DNA of 64,000 nt from positions 109,804,001 through 109,868,000 of the forward strand of contig NC_087436.1 in assembly GCF_036321535.1 (NCBI RefSeq). The letters run 5' to 3'. This DNA comes from Camelus dromedarius (lineage: Eukaryota). A program made the position numbers and the translations under genes. Position 1 is the stretch's first letter. Every line of letters starts with the position of its first letter. A model generated the notes under the pieces. It was not told the DNA's origin. It saw nothing but the letters and a program-made list of their open reading frames with translations, and searched no databases. Positions 36,170-50,535 of this stretch are shown here, piece by piece.

Positions 36170-36875
36170 CTCAAAATATAGATGTTCTTTTAAACCATAT
36201 CCCAAATATATCCATTTTGTTTCATTGTCAACATCACCACCCAAATTCAAGGTTTCTTTGGTGTGGATGGCTTTCATTCTGGCTACCCTGACATTCTTTC
36301 TCTACAAAGACACTATGGTGACGTTAAAAACATGTCAGACCATTCAGACCCTCCAACGTCTTTCCATTGAACATTGAGTAAAATCCAATTCCTTTTCACT
36401 GACACATAGAGCCGTATGTTATTTGTTCCCTGATTACTTCTATGATTTTATTTTTACTACTCTCCTTATTCCTGCAACAGTTTAGCCACAAGGACCTTTT
36501 TTAATTCCCCAAGATTGTTGCTACCCTGAGAACTTTCCACTTCCTGGTTTTTGTTTTTTCCTTCCTGAAACGCTTTTTGCTAATTATGGCTCGTTTTGCT
36601 GTATCATTCATATTTCAGGGCTTCTTTGGCTACCCAGACAAAACTTGCCCCTCTTTCACCGTCTACCAAACCGTACTATTTTAATTTCCTGCATAACGCT
36701 AACCAGTGTTCTACATTTTTTTCTTGTTTGTTTATTTTCCAATTTCTCTTACTAGGAGGTAAATTATACGAGCGCAGGGATTTTTGCCTTGCTCAAGCTT
36801 GTATCCCCAGTAACTAGAATAGTTCCTGGAATGCCTTGTCTGTTCAAAAGTGATGATTTAAATGAATGAGTGAAT
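36170..36875 (+). mobile_element. L2 LINE 3' portion
   Basis: cattgaacattgagtaaaatccaattcctt..., ctaggaggtaaattatacgagcgcagggattttt...tgtatccccagtaactagaatagttcctgg...aatgaatgagtgaat. Confidence 0.85.
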
Positions 36876-37117
36876 ATATGAATCTAGTGGTCAGTGGATA
36901 TACTTTGAAAAGTATTGCTGAAGAGACGTGGTCCCTAGTCCCCAAACCTAGATTCTTTGCAACATAGGTTTTAAGGATCCTGAGTATTTGCCCAAGGAAT
37001 AGGGAGGAATTTACTCATTCCTCAGTTCACCCTAGGACTCCAGGTGATCCTTGAATTTAGGGATAATCTCTCCCCTTCCTCTCACTGAAGTGACTTTCAT
37101 ACCCTAGATGAATCCTA

Positions 37118-37361
37118 TAGTGCCACGCTACTGTGGTTCTTTAACTGGTTCTCACCCACCTAATGTTTTTACTGACCTTTGATGAGTACAGAAATCGAGT
37201 GTATACATTTAGAAATTTTGTAGCAATTTGACATCGTTATCCTACCCAAATTTGCAACTATTTTTCTAATAATAATTTTGTTTTTTTGAAGAGTATGAAT
37301 TTATGATAGATTAAGGAAAAATAAAAGCCTATCCTTCATCACAAGTAGTTGGAGAAGTTGT
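37118..37361 (+). mobile_element. hAT Charlie4-like DNA element
   Basis: gatgagtacagaaatcgag...tttagaaattttgtagcaatttgaca...tccttcatcacaagtagttggagaag; related to 56928-57217. Confidence 0.6.
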
Positions 37362-37767
37362 TATTTTAGAAACAGAGTATGGATGAAGCCCAGAGAAGAC
37401 TCATGAAACTCAGGGCCAGCTCACCACCATGACAGCCAGAATTTTTAGCTAGTTATCTAGTGAAGGGCTTCTCATATCTAAGAGTATAGACCTCTGTTAA
37501 ATAAAAGCAAGTGCTCCTAGACTCCTTATGTGTCCCTAAGAGATTTATAATGCTTGAATTTGCAAACAAAACTACATGAACTCTTCATGCTCATAGTTCT
37601 TATGCAACTCTAGAACCAAAATAAGTTTTAAGTCAAATTACAAAACTAATAAAAATACAAGTAATTAACATTCATGTATGTAACTGGTTTCAGTGAAACT
37701 AAAGTGATAATTTTGGGGGAACATTATACTAACTGCTATGATGCAAGTTCTAGAGAAATTTCTGGAG

Positions 37768-37900
37768 CAGGGGGCAGCAAACTTTTTCAGTAGAGAATGA
37801 AATAGCGAATGTATTAGATTTTGTTGGTCATAAGCTCTCTCTTGCAAGTACTCAACTCTGCAATTGCAGCATGAAAGTAACCACAGATAATAACGTAAGT
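37768..37900 (+). mobile_element. hAT-Charlie MER58A-like fragment
   Basis: cagggggcagcaaacttttt...tactcaactctgcaattgcagcatgaaagtaaccacagataata. Confidence 0.8.
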
Positions 37901-40900
37901 GGACAGTCCTCGGCAATATCCTGGTATTCAGTGTTGACTCTGGACTTCAGGTGGTAGCAGACAGTGAATAAGAAATCTGAGAATAGTAATAAGGGTCTTG
38001 TACAAGCAAATAGCATGTAGACTAAATGGTGTGAAAGAAAAAACCGGGGGCTACTTGAAAGAAACCTGAAGAATATCTAAAAAATAAAAAGGTATTTAGG
38101 TAGCAATAGGGAGATGGTCTTAGTCACCTTTGTCTGTAGATTTCCCTCAGGTACTTAGTGAAGAAAAACAGGAAGTTCGCATTATATTTCACAACTCCTC
38201 AGTAATAACAAATAATAATGATTCACACATATTGAGAGGTTATTAGGTGCTAGATACTCTTCTGATCTGGGCTACTAACTTAGTTATCTGTCTCTACTAC
38301 CTTCATTCTTGGTAGGCAGAATAGAGAGTTTCATTCACCATATCAAACCGGAGATGCAAGTCAGTTGTTAGATTCCCAAGTCTAGAGCTTCTGAAAGAGG
38401 TTCTGGATATAGTTACAGATTTGAGAGGCACAAGTGCATAGATGGTACTATGAACATGAGATCATACAGAGAAATACTATAGATAGAAAGAAAGAAAAAC
38501 AAAAAAAAAGAGTTCAGCACCAATCTCTGGAGCACTAATGCTGATAGAATTCCAGGATCAGGTCATAAGCCCTGGAGACACCAAATTTCCCTCTATGAAC
38601 CAGAAAGGATTATAAAACTACACAAGATTAGAGCACTTGGTAAGCCATGGATTTTGCAGAGAAGGCAAAAGTAAAGGTTATCTGGATTTGCATGAAAAGA
38701 AATTATCATCAAAGCCCATGGGTTACTGTAGATTCAATTATATGTTAGACACTCACATTCACTTTAAATTATAAAATGAGAAAATGCAGCGTGGGCTAAG
38801 GACATTTTCTGAAAAGAAAAATCCATTTTCCCAAAATTCCATCTATATTAAGGAAAGTAATCTTGAAGTGTCTGCACCATCATCGTATAATTAGCACCCC
38901 AGGTTATATTTATTTAATCCGTTGAAACTCAGAAGAAGCACAGCTCTGTCCAGCAATACCATGATGAATAATACTCCTAATGGAGTTAAAAATTGAAACT
39001 AATTGGTTTATGTGATTGTTATTAAGTCCAATTTAAGTTAGTTAATGAAATTTTGTCTGGCAAGGGAATAGGGTTGGTCTTCGCAGATGATATTTTTACT
39101 TTTGAAATAAATTTGATGTCACCCTGTTGAATCCACAGATCTAAATAAACTTAAAGCGATCATGCTCCTCAGCACCCCTTAGGCCAAGGGTTAATTTTAG
39201 AGAAAATGTAGCAAGACAATTCATAATACTCCTGATATGGTGGTGTTTATTTGTATCTAGAATACTTCCCAACCCAGTCTTCATTTTGGGCAACCTTCAT
39301 ATAAGATCAAGTCATTTAAATCAGTGTGACACCATTCAATGGAGTATGAATCCATATTACAATTGCATAAATAGATTCCAGTGCCACCCAAGAAGAAATA
39401 AGTTATCTTTCAGGAGAACTAGACTTGGCAGGAATGCCAGAAAATCTAGTTAAATAGACAACATAAAACTTAGATTTCTACACCATTTGTTATTCTTCAA
39501 GCATGATTGTTTCTTAACTGACCTGCAAAGCATAGCCTGGCTAAAATTTGAAATCAATACTCACATATGTCGACTAAAAGTTGGGAATTTTTTAAACCTA
39601 TGTTTGATGGAATTCTCTTAAGTTTTTTATACTGTCAGTTATCTTGAAGAATAAAGGGGAGTTGAGGAAATTCAAAATGGCAATCAAACTCACTTCTTAT
39701 CATTCCCCATTTCAAGTTCATTTCATCCCTTTCCAGACATTAAGGAAAGAAAGGGGAAGGAAATGGAAACGGAAAATTAAGTCCTACCATTCCTTAAGTA
39801 GCTCCTTCATGAGTTCTTTTTCAACATATTTATTTCCTGAAGAACGTAAGTTGCAGCATTTGAGATGCACAAGCTCCAGCTAGTGATCCGACTGACACGA
39901 ATGTCCATGCACTTTGGCCATGCATGAGTTATATTTGGAGGTGTGGATTTGCCATTAATGAAGAACATCACCCACAGCAAAGTGGACAAAGTAAGAATAA
40001 ACGTATTCAATGTATAAAATTACAAGGCTCTCCACAGTGGCTGAGATTTCTTCACTTGTTGAGGACTGATGATTTGTATCTCAGGAATCCTGCAGATCTG
40101 ATTTCATAGCCATTTGGGCAGCTATATTAAATGATTTCATCTCCCTGTATACCATAATTGCTCCTTACAACAACTTTACATGATATTTACTGCTCAGGTT
40201 GTACTGCTGGAAGAAACATAAGAGATGTGTTAGAGACAAGATCCCTAACTGCTTAAGTGCCTGTATAACATTGTGGACTTGAGTCACACACACAAAAAAT
40301 CAGGTTTCTTGATTGTAAGATCAGAGACAAAAAAGAAAAAAAAATGTAACCGATTGATATTTATTCTGCATATACACAGATTGCCATTCTAAACCCTATT
40401 ATACATTGACTTAACGTGTATCATAATGGTGGGCACGACTTAGTATTCTTCCTGTTTACAGATAAGGAAACACACTCTAGAGGCCAACTCTCATGGCCAA
40501 GGTTACAAGGTTACAAGCTAATAATCACATTCTGAGATTTAATCAAATGTTCTTTCAACACACTGTACTGCTATCAGGTCATGCCGAGAAGAACTTGTCC
40601 ATTTCTACAGGGGGTAAGAATTTGAAAATGATTGATGCATTGATATGCTCAACTGTAGCTGAAACACATAAGGAGACAGTCTTTCCCAGTGCTTTACTCT
40701 CTAGAGTTGAATTCAGAAAAACAGGATGCCTTGGAAATACGATGCTTAGCGTAATTGAATTTTCCTGATTTCTGAGACATAGCCTCATGGTCTTTACCAT
40801 TTTGACAATCCATTTAAACTAATGTATTGATTCCCTTACCTTACTGGTCCTGGTAGTATTTTTACTTACAGAATTTATGGTTGTCCTGCTAAATGTAAGT

Positions 40901-41789
40901 GATTATAATACAGGACTGTAAATACAGAAATGATGCCTGCTCCAAGACCAGGCTCTCACACATGGTAGCTATCTAGTAAATGTCTAATGCTAAAAATGGT
41001 TTCAGGACACCATTTGAAAGTCATGCGCTTTGCCTGTCTCTTAAAAAAATAGGAAAAAAATAAAAATCAGGGCAGTGGAAGGACCTGTATTCAAATCACT
41101 TAAGTTATTACAGAAATTATAGCTCTATCAACCCCTTAGACTGGGTTATAAACGAGACACAAAAATAAACACTCTATTTCAAAACTTGTCTGTGGTTTCA
41201 TGCTGCTTAGTGGACAACATGTAAGAAATGCACAGGCTGCTCACAGATTTGTGTCCACCTGCTGTTCTGTTACTACCTTCTTCTGTCCTTGCCACCTCTG
41301 CCACCCTGACATGACCTACCCTCTCCAGAACGGACCAGTTATCTTCCCCCTTCCAGCCTGTGCTTATGCTGGTTCCACAGCTTGACCTTCCTTCTGTCCA
41401 TTGGTACATTTCCATGTTTTATTTATTCTTCATCATTGTTCTCCAAAGCCACTCCTATCAAAAACTGTCAGTCCACCCAAATATACTACATTCTCCCTTT
41501 CTTAAGCCATCATGATATTAGAAGTTCATTTTGCTAACTCACATTTTTTAATCTCTCCTATCTGGTTAAGAGTTACCTAATAATAGAACCTTACTAACAC
41601 CTTACAATTTCTTTCAAAATTTCTATAAATATTTGTATCAGTAATGAGACAGAGCACCTATTATTATCACCAAGAACTCCATCTTATAGGTGCTAATAAT
41701 CTAAATTAGAAATAAAAGAAGGTAAAATGGTTTTCATTGTTTTGATCGATTAACATATGCATAGTGTTCTTTCTATACTTCTCTTTCCC

Positions 41790-42650
41790 TTCAGATCTTT
41801 GGAGACAAAGACCCATTGTCTTCCAGCATTGGATGTTCCTCTGGAGAGAAGTCTGAAGCCAGCCTTGCTCTACCTACCTTGTGGGTAATTGGCTTTTTCT
41901 GCTCAAATGCCTAAAGAAAACTTTATTTTTACCTGAAATTCTATAACTTAACCATGATGCATATTGGTACTGATTGTTTCCTATCACATTTTGTTGAAAT
42001 ATTTTCTCTGAATGGTACCTGGGGATCTAGTTCTATATTCGTTTCAAAGAAATGTTCTTTATGAAAGGTTTGCAAACACATACTCTTTCTTCTCTTTCGT
42101 TGTTGCTTTTTAATTTTTTCTCTGTTTCAAGGATATCGATTTTTATTGTTGAACTAGTTTAATCTTTTTTTGTGTGTGTTTCTCACTTGCATTACTTCTG
42201 ATTATCCCAAGTTGTTATTGTTGCTGTTTTCTGTACTAATTTGATTTTTCAGCTGACTCTGGTTCCTTGCTGACTCCAATTTATATATCAATTCAGTAAT
42301 GATGTTATTTTACTTATCAAGCTTTCAGTATGTCTTTTTGTCTTTTGTTGTTGGTTTATCGTCAAGACTTTGATTGTTGGGTTATTTTCATGTCTTTCAG
42401 ACTTTGGTTCATTAAATTCATCTAGTAATTATATGTGTTGTAAAGTGTAAGACATATGAAGAATTTTTTGTATCTTTGTTATTTTTCCTTTTAGATTTGA
42501 TATTTATCTTTGAAATACTTTGTTGGTGTTACCCTTCCTTCTTTCCTTAGCTAAGTTTGTGTAGTTGCTATACCATTTTCTTCCACAATTTTGCTTGCTC
42601 TTGGGCAGTTTGATGACTTCTTGAATACCGAATCTTTTCCTTACTTATCA
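41790..42650 (-). mobile_element. HAL1 or old L1 ORF1-region remnant
   Basis: ccattgtcttccagcattggatgttcctctggagagaagtctgaagccagcc...ttgtgggtaattggctttttctg, followed by T-rich antisense L1-like sequence. Confidence 0.6.
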
Positions 42651-42944
42651 GGACTAGTTTGTTTTCTCTCCCAAAGAGTCATTTGAGAGTTAGCTCAGTG
42701 GGATGGTGGGTAGTACAAAATAGTGAGTGTGCAGTGTTTTAACACGACCCGCTCTTTTAGAAAGATGTTTGGTTAAGTGTCCTTTATCATGTTCCATTTC
42801 TCCCAGTTGTAAAGTAAAATCCATTCTCATAGCATAGTTACCACGGTGCTTTGGATTATTCCCCCATTCAGAGTAGCTCTAGATTTTCCTCTCTTCAGAT
42901 GGCCCAGAGACTGCCTTTACAAAGGCCAAAATTCTGGTGCTTTT

Positions 42945-43649
42945 TTTTTTTGTATAAAAATATTTGTATTAAATAGTCAGTTTACAATATTGTGTCCATT
43001 TCTGATGTACAGCATGTTTGTCATACATATACATACATATATTGGTTTTGATACTCTTTTTCATTATAGGTAACCACAAGATACTGAATATAGTTCCCTG
43101 AGCTATACAGTATGAACTTGTTGTTTATCTGTTTTGTATACATTAGCTAATATCTGCAAATCTCAAACTCCCAATTTCTACCCCCTTCCCCTACTGGTAA
43201 CCATAAGTTTGTTTTCTATGTCTGTGAGTCTATTTCTATTTTGTAAATAAGTTCATTTGTCTTTTTTTTTTTTTTTAGATTCCACATATAAGTGATATCA
43301 TATCATATTTTTCTTTCTCTTTCTGCCTTACTTCACTTAGAATGACATTCTCCGGGTCCATCTATGTTGCTGCAAATGGCATTATTTTATTCTTTTTTAT
43401 GGCTGAGTAGTATTCCATTGTATAAATATACCAAAATTTCTTTTTCCAGGCATCTGTCGATGGACATTTAGGTTGTTTCCATATTTTGGCTATTGTAAAT
43501 AGTGCTGCTATGACATTTGGGTGCATGTGTCTCTTTGAATTAAGGTTCAAGTTTCAGCATATGCCCAGGAGTGGGATTACTAGATCATATGGTAAGTTGT
43601 TTTTAGTTTTTTGAGGAATCTCCATTCTGTTTTCCATAATGGCTACGTC
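42945..43649 (-). mobile_element. 5'-truncated cetartiodactyl/camelid L1 with TSD
   Basis: ORF2 C-terminal remnant AALFTIAKIWKQPKCPSTDAW...YTMEYYSAIKKN. TSD of about 15 bp, aattctggtgctttt (42930) and agttctggtgttttt (43650), the latter followed by aa (TTTT/AA site). Confidence 0.95.
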
Positions 43650-44974
43650 AGTTCTGGTGTTTTTAAAGAGAGGCTTATTTCTGGCTTAAACAACTGTCAC
43701 TTATAATTGTTATCCTAAAGCCCCCAACAGGCAGATTTACAAAAAGTGACTTTCCTTTCTGGGAATGCCATCACTAACACCAGCACTCTCAGGCACTGCT
43801 AGAGAAGTTTGATTGGTATCTCCAAGAAGCATGCCATTTTGCTAAGGAAAAATAAATGATGAAACTTAGGTGTCAAAATTTTAATAAAAAATATAATAAA
43901 CAGAAATGGAAATAAACTGATACTTGAAGGAGTAAAGGAGACTTCAAGGAAACAGAAATTTAAATCCCTGGGAGATTTTTAGAAAAGAATTAATTTGAAC
44001 GGAAATTTTAAGGAGTGGGAGGATCTAGACTTTTGATGATTTGAGAAAATGGTATTTAAGGTAACGGATACATTGCGAACAAAGGAGAGAAGAGAGAAAG
44101 CATGAGTGAATTCAGATCCACCATAGTGATCAGCCTGGCTCTAATGTAAGATGCAAGAAAATAGAGACTGTGAAGTCATCTTTTAAAAAGACAGAAATCA
44201 TGGAGACTGAGTGACAACCTTAGTGACTTCCTGACTTAAACCTTTAGCTTTGGAGCTGTCCCCTAAATTGAAGATACCGCTCATGTCAGCAGATTCCAGG
44301 TCTCTCAGCTGAAACAATTAGATTCTTCTCCTCCTGCTGAAAAAAAAAAAAAAAAACAGCTTTTCCAGCAAGCCAACCTCATCTTATTGAGTTCAGATTC
44401 TAGCAGACTGACATTAGTAACAAGAGATTAGAGGTGTGAACTTCCTCAATTTATGTTAACAAGGTGCTAAATGCAAAGGCCAATTATGAGTACCCTTGAA
44501 TGTCAACTTCCTGTCGCCTGAATACCCAGTGAATGAGCTTGATCAGAGGATAGCCTTTGTCCTGTAGTATTTATGGGATTCTCAGCTGAAACTTATTGGA
44601 TTCCTGAAAGTGTGGGCTTTAGATTCCTCAGGGTATTGAGGAATTTTGTGGGTTCTCTATAAATGCCCCAGATGCTGTCCAGAACACCTGGCAATAAATT
44701 CCAGCCTCTTTGACTTCCCATTTCTTCTGATGCAGGGTTATTAAATATGAAATATTGCATGCTGAAATTCACATAAAACAGCCTAATTAGTAATAGGAGG
44801 AAGTGAGAGCAAGGGCACATGTGCTAAGAGAGGGATCATGGAGGGGCTAAGGATGGGGGTCTATAATTGCAAAAACACTCAGTCCCCTTCCAGTGTTTCC
44901 GTGCCCCACCTTGCCTAACTATTCCCTTCTGCTGACCTTCTCCATTGTTCAGGCTATTCTTTGTTTTCATGATT

Positions 44975-45080
44975 TTTTAAAATCTCTTTTTAAGTAAACA
45001 TTCTGTTGTAGAATAGTTTTAGATTTACAGAAAAGTTATGAAGATAATATGGAGAGTTTCCCTGTAAGTCTCACTCAAAT
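44975..45080 (-). mobile_element. L1MC/L1MD-like 3' end fragment
   Basis: tagaatagttttagatttacagaaaagttatgaagataatatggagagtttccc. Confidence 0.7.
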
Positions 45081-46234
45081 ATTGACTTAAAAGGAAATAC
45101 CAGGTTATAGACCCAATTTACTATAGGGAGGAAATGATTTTCCCCTAATCCTTCTCTACTTTCATCTTACTCAAGGTTATGACCTAGTTCAGATTTTCAA
45201 AAATCCTCATAGGATAAGCTTACTCATGTAACATAACTCATGTTCGTACATGTTGCTTTTTGTGCCTGCAAGAGAATCACTTAAAGCATAGTCAATGGGC
45301 CTCTTCTGGTTTATAAAATGTTTGTAACCAGTCCTCAAAGCAAGAAGCCTGTGACAGAATTTAAATCCTCTACTTGCTGAGTTTCTTGTAGTAAGACTTT
45401 TTTTTTTTTTTTTTTTTTTTTTAAGGAAGGAAGCCATGTGTTGATTTGCATTCTGGTGCCATCCTCTGGTACATTCTCATTGCCTTGTCTACCTAAAAAA
45501 TCGCTACTCATTCTTCAAAACCAACTATCTGCATTACTTTCCCTGAGAAGCCTCTGCAACCACCTGGAATTCCCACCCCTTTAACTCTAGTCCTTCTTTA
45601 GATACCAGACAACCACGAGAATGTAAGGATCTTGAGTATAGGGGCAAAGTCCTAAAATTTTTTTAAAGAGTCAGGCCCACAGAATAGAGTTCCTAATGTT
45701 TGTTGAATTATATAAAACTCAGTTATATTGAGTTAAATAAAAAAAAAATGATGATCTCTTGTTCCCATAGCCAGGCCAGAAAGAAATATATGTAATTCAT
45801 AGTGTGATTAAAGGTTGAAAAAAAAGAAATACATTTTGGTATGTTTGAGACTATTGGTGTGGACGCAAAATAGCATTAAATTAATAGAAACTTGTCCACA
45901 TCATTACCTCTTAAGCAGTTTTTTCAGGTTGATCTTCCACTACCAATTTTTGGTGCTTATTGCCTATTACTTATGATGACAATGTTATAATTAAAAGTCT
46001 GGTTCTTACTTTCTTTATTTATCAACAAACAGAAAACATCATTTCAAATTTAGAAAACCCTTTTTTAAATAAGAGAAGATGACACTAATGGGAAAAAAAG
46101 ATTTGCTTCCTAGGTTCAAATCATATCCTCTTTATCAGTAATTACACTACCAATAGAAGTAGTTTTCACTGAACCAGATTAAATACATTCATCACTGTAA
46201 GGGGACAGAACTCAAGTTCTGCTTTTAGGATCTA

Positions 46235-46455
46235 GAGCACAATCTCAAACAATGATGACTTTTCCCATAGGTGGTATCTTGCAATGTTTGGAGGCATTTT
46301 TATTTGTCACAGTGGGGGAAGGGGTGCATGTTATAAGGATCTAGTGTATTGAGGTTAGGAATGCTACTAAGAATTCTGCAGTAACACAGGACAGCCTTCA
46401 CAGCAAACAATCAACTGGTCTAAAATGTCAATAGTTTCAAGGTTGAGAAACCAAA
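46235..46455 (+). mobile_element. hAT-Charlie MER20
   Basis: gcaatgtttggaggcatttttatttgtcaca...cacaggacagcc...aaaatgtcaatagtttcaaggttgagaaacc. Confidence 0.9.
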
Positions 46456-46559
46456 GTGTACAAGATTACCAAATGCACACTAAAAGGCCAATAGATTGTG
46501 TTTAGGGGAAAAAATGAATATACTCAGGAGGAAAGCTGAAGTTATACATGTTATATGCA

Positions 46560-47500
46560 ACAGAGAATGTAGCAAGGTACTTAATCCAAACTGAGTGTTC
46601 ATAAAAGCTTTTGAGAAGAAATAACCCCTGAGCTAAATCTCAGTAAAAAGTTAAGTATTGGTCAAGAGAATAAAGGTGGGATGGGTTTTATAGGGAAGGG
46701 TAAATTGCATGTAAAAATTCATGAAAACACATTAAATAGGTTGATATCTGAAGGAAAATGTATGCAGTTGATATTAACTAAACATGAGGCAGAGTGGATG
46801 GATATGAGGGTAGAAGGTCATGAGGTAGATTCTAGGTTATTGGAAGTCTTAGATCTCTCAGAAAGGAATCTCCAGGGGGTTAATAAGATGATTGAGAGCT
46901 TTTTATTTTTTTGCTCAACGACTGCAGAATTGAGATGTGAAACCTATGTGTAAGATACAATTTAGTACTATACTTTAAATGTTATGAGAGAGACACACAC
47001 AGGGTGACAATATAGCATATAAGACAGGGAAATAAGCAAAATAGCGAGGGACAGGACAGGTTTTCTTCATGAGATGACATGGTTACATTTATACTGAATT
47101 CTAAAGGATGAATCACAGTAAACTAGATGACAGTGGAAAGTGGTAAGAAGTTTATTTCAGGCAAAAAGAAAGGTGCACAGAACTGGAGGGTAGAGAGAGT
47201 CCGGAAAATGTCATATTTCAAGTATGGGTACCACATATTGCATAAGGTGAAGAGAGTGGTGAGGGACAAGGTGAAAAAAGAGGGAGTGGAGGTTAGTAGA
47301 TTATGAAATTTCCTTTATGGCAGTGTTGAAGTTTGGACTGATCATGGAATGCCACTAAAAGAAATAAAGCAAAGGAATAACCCCATAAGGTCTGTACCTT
47401 AGGAAAATCACTCTGTCTAGAGATTGTGGCTGGAGGGGCCAGACTGGGAGTCAAGGAGGCCAGTCAGGTGACCTTGAGGGTCATCTGGGAAAAAGTAGCC
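46560..47500 (-). mobile_element. L2 fragments
   Basis: Purine-rich antisense L2 motifs (ctgagctaaatct, gaagtttggact...gccacta...ttaggaaaatcactctg). Confidence 0.6.
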
Positions 47501-47869
47501 GGTAGTCCCACTGAGACCTTCTAACTTACACTGACTTGTTCTTTGCTTATCGTGTTCAAAATGTGAAGGAGATCAGATATCTATGCGATAAAGTAGTTCC
47601 CCTAAACATATCACCATTCTAGAAAATGTGGACATGTATGTGAATCAGGAAAGGATGTTGATCTCTAAAGTTACAGGGGAGACAGAACAGGTATATATTA
47701 ACTGATATCTAAAGTAAGAAATGCTGCACTCCCTGACAAGGGTGTAGGTCCACTGCAATGTGAATTCAGAGCAGGTGAGGATGATGGCTGCATGGAGAAT
47801 CCGAAAGGACCCTATGACATTGATGACAGTAGGACAGACTACTGATATCATAATAATTTATATTAAAAT

Positions 47870-48070
47870 AATAGAGGATGATTATTAAGCATTTATTGCA
47901 TGCTGAGTGCTTCCTGGATATCATCTCTGTTAATCCTTACAGAATCCTAAGTATTAGGTAGTTATCATCTCCATTTTATAGATGAGGAAGCTGGGGTTGT
48001 AAAGAGGGTAAGAGATTTGGCCAAAGTCACTCAACCATTAGGTGGCGAAATCAGGAATCCATCCAGGTGT
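47870..48070 (-). mobile_element. MIR SINE
   Basis: catctccattttatagatgaggaagctgggg...ttggccaaagtcac. Confidence 0.85.
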
Positions 48071-48947
48071 GGATGAAACAAATGACACTTAGAAGGGCTG
48101 AGACAGGAGGAACAGGCTTCTCTGTGGAAGGAAGAGCATCATTATGGGCACTGAAGTCAGGCATCCCAGAGTACATATGGAGAAAATAGAATGGCTTATT
48201 TTGCCAGGAGACCGTGTTGGATAAAAGATCTACAAATAAGCGGATTTTCCTGAGTCATGTGGACAAACAAGCACCTTAGAACTTTCATAATTCAGATTTT
48301 TTTTTTGGTTGGTTTTAACACCATACCATAAATAACCTGTGCTCCTAGGGTGAATATAGATAGCCTTCCATTGCTTTATTCCAGCTCTCTGAATTAGGCC
48401 ATCTTGAAGAGTTTAGAGCAATTATTTGATCACACATTTACTAATTGACAAAAAAACGTTAATAGTATCTTCAAAATCCCTCACTTCCTAGCTGCCAGTG
48501 GAACATGTAAGGAACAGATGCCACAGACAGCTTGGAAACTTTCGAAAGGGTCTGAAACAGTAATTACTATTAGTCCCCCTAGCTACGGCACCCAGGGTTG
48601 GCATCAGAAGCAGCCATTGTGCCTGCCAAGGGCTCAGGTGGCATTCTGAAGGGGCTAGTTACTTCTGAAATCATGTGGTGGCTTGTATTCCTTTCTAATT
48701 CCAAGACAAGAATAGAGACCGTGTATAAGGATATTTAACTCCCAAATGGAAAAAAAAAAAAAGGTAATTGTTTTAAGGAAACGTTTTCTTTTAATATTTT
48801 ATCACAAAGTTCATACTCAAGATTGGGTATTGGTCAAAAAGATTGTAGCAAAATTTTGTGCAAACTGACCCCCTTTTTCTAACATGTCTGGCTGAATAAT
48901 TCCTCTGCCTTAAAAGAGTGAGCATGATGGGATTTCCTGGGTAAAAC

Positions 48948-49465
48948 TGTTACCAAATCCAAGCTCATACTGCTTACCACACGAGAGGTCAATAAATTGA
49001 GAGAGGAGTTTGGGGGGCAAGGGATAACCACTTTATTTGGAAAGCCATCAGACTGAGAAGATGGGGAACTAATGTCCTAGAGAATCATTTTCCCCAAGTC
49101 AGAATTCACGCTCCTTTTATACTAAAAAAGGAAGGGGGTGTGGCTGGTTGTTGCAAACTTCTTGGTGTCAGAATCCTTTGTTCTTGCAGCTGTCCAGGTA
49201 GGTCAGATCATCATGATCCTATAAATCTCCAACAAGACAAATGTTATTCTCTGTTCTGCAACTTTTTGTCTCTATGTGAATGAAGAAGTGTTATATCCTT
49301 GAAGGTCAGAGCCTTGAGAACGGGCTGTCCTGTACATTTCAGGCTCTAGGCAGCATTCTTTTATAAAAGGTGTAGGACCAGCATGACTAAGCACAGGAAA
49401 CAGCAGAGTGTTAGAGCTAAAGAAACAGATCTAATATGCAGTTAGATTTGTTCTTCCCTGTTAGA
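48948..49465 (-). mobile_element. ERV1-class solo LTR (family A)
   Basis: Starts tgttacc, colinear with 21926-22441, 4-bp TSD aaac/atac. Confidence 0.88.
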
Positions 49466-49997
49466 ATACCATCACTATTAGATCCCCAGCTACCTTCAGA
49501 GCTGCAGCTGCCTTCCTCACCCCCAACCCTCTGAGCCCTGACTTCTACAAATCCTTCACTTTTGTTTATTTCTGCCACTATCTGCCCTGCTAAAGTACTA
49601 CTCATTTTTCTTACTCTCCTCTGAACTGTCTTCCCCAACTCTACTTCATGTGACATTTTCTTTTTCCCTCAATTACACATTTCATAAACACTTCCATTTT
49701 AATCCTTACTTTAAAGTCTGACTGGCAGGCAAACTGCAAAAGAAAGGAAAGCAACCACTATATACACCTTGATTTTAACACCTGCATTATTGCATTCGGA
49801 TTATTTGTGTATCAGACTCACCAACTAGATTTTGAATTCTCCAAAAGCTGGTCATATTTATTACCATTCTCCTGATCTGGGCACCAAATCTGACACACAG
49901 CAGATGATGAATCAATAGTGCTTAAAAAACAAAACAAAACAAAACTTCCTATACTTAACAGAGGTCCCCATATTTTATTTTCTCCATTTCTTATCAG

Positions 49998-50210
49998 AAT
50001 ATGGGCTTTGGGGTCAGATCTGGGGCCAGATCCTTACTCCTTCACTTGGTAGTTGTTTTACTTTTGCAAGTTAATTAAGCATTGTAAAATATGCACATTA
50101 ATAATGACCACCTTGTAGAGTAATTGCGATAAATAAGCGAGTTAATGAATGTAAGGGCCTCACCCTTGTGCCTAGTGTAAGCTGAGCTCCATTAATATTA
50201 GTTTTATTAG
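49998..50210 (+). mobile_element. MIR SINE
   Basis: gggctttggggtcagatctgg...cacttggtagttg...ttaatgaatgtaagggcct...gtgcctagtgtaag. Confidence 0.75.
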
Positions 50211-50535
50211 AATTAATAATCAGGTAAGTCTCTTGAATATCACTAATGTGTATTGGGCTCACAGAGGCTACCAGGTTACTGTTTTTCTCTCTTCCTCTAT
50301 GTGGAGTGACTGTATTTGACTCTAAAAGTGCAGCCTGTTCTCCCCTTCTAGGTCTTTGGTAAATTCTTTTTTGATCATCAGAATCCATGATTTAGCACTT
50401 GAATTCTGAGTTCACAGAACGGAACTCAGCACTCAGTTTTGAGCGTTGTGATGCTCTCATGACAACTCAGAATAGTCAAGAAGTGAGATCAGTATGAAGC
50501 CATAGCAGAATGAATGACTGTGATATGTATAGTTT

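Noticed and set aside
21926..49465. Same-orientation related LTRs at 21926 and 48948 as the two ends of one provirus
   Set aside because: They are 27 kb apart with no gag/pol/env or PBS between them, and each has its own insertion site.
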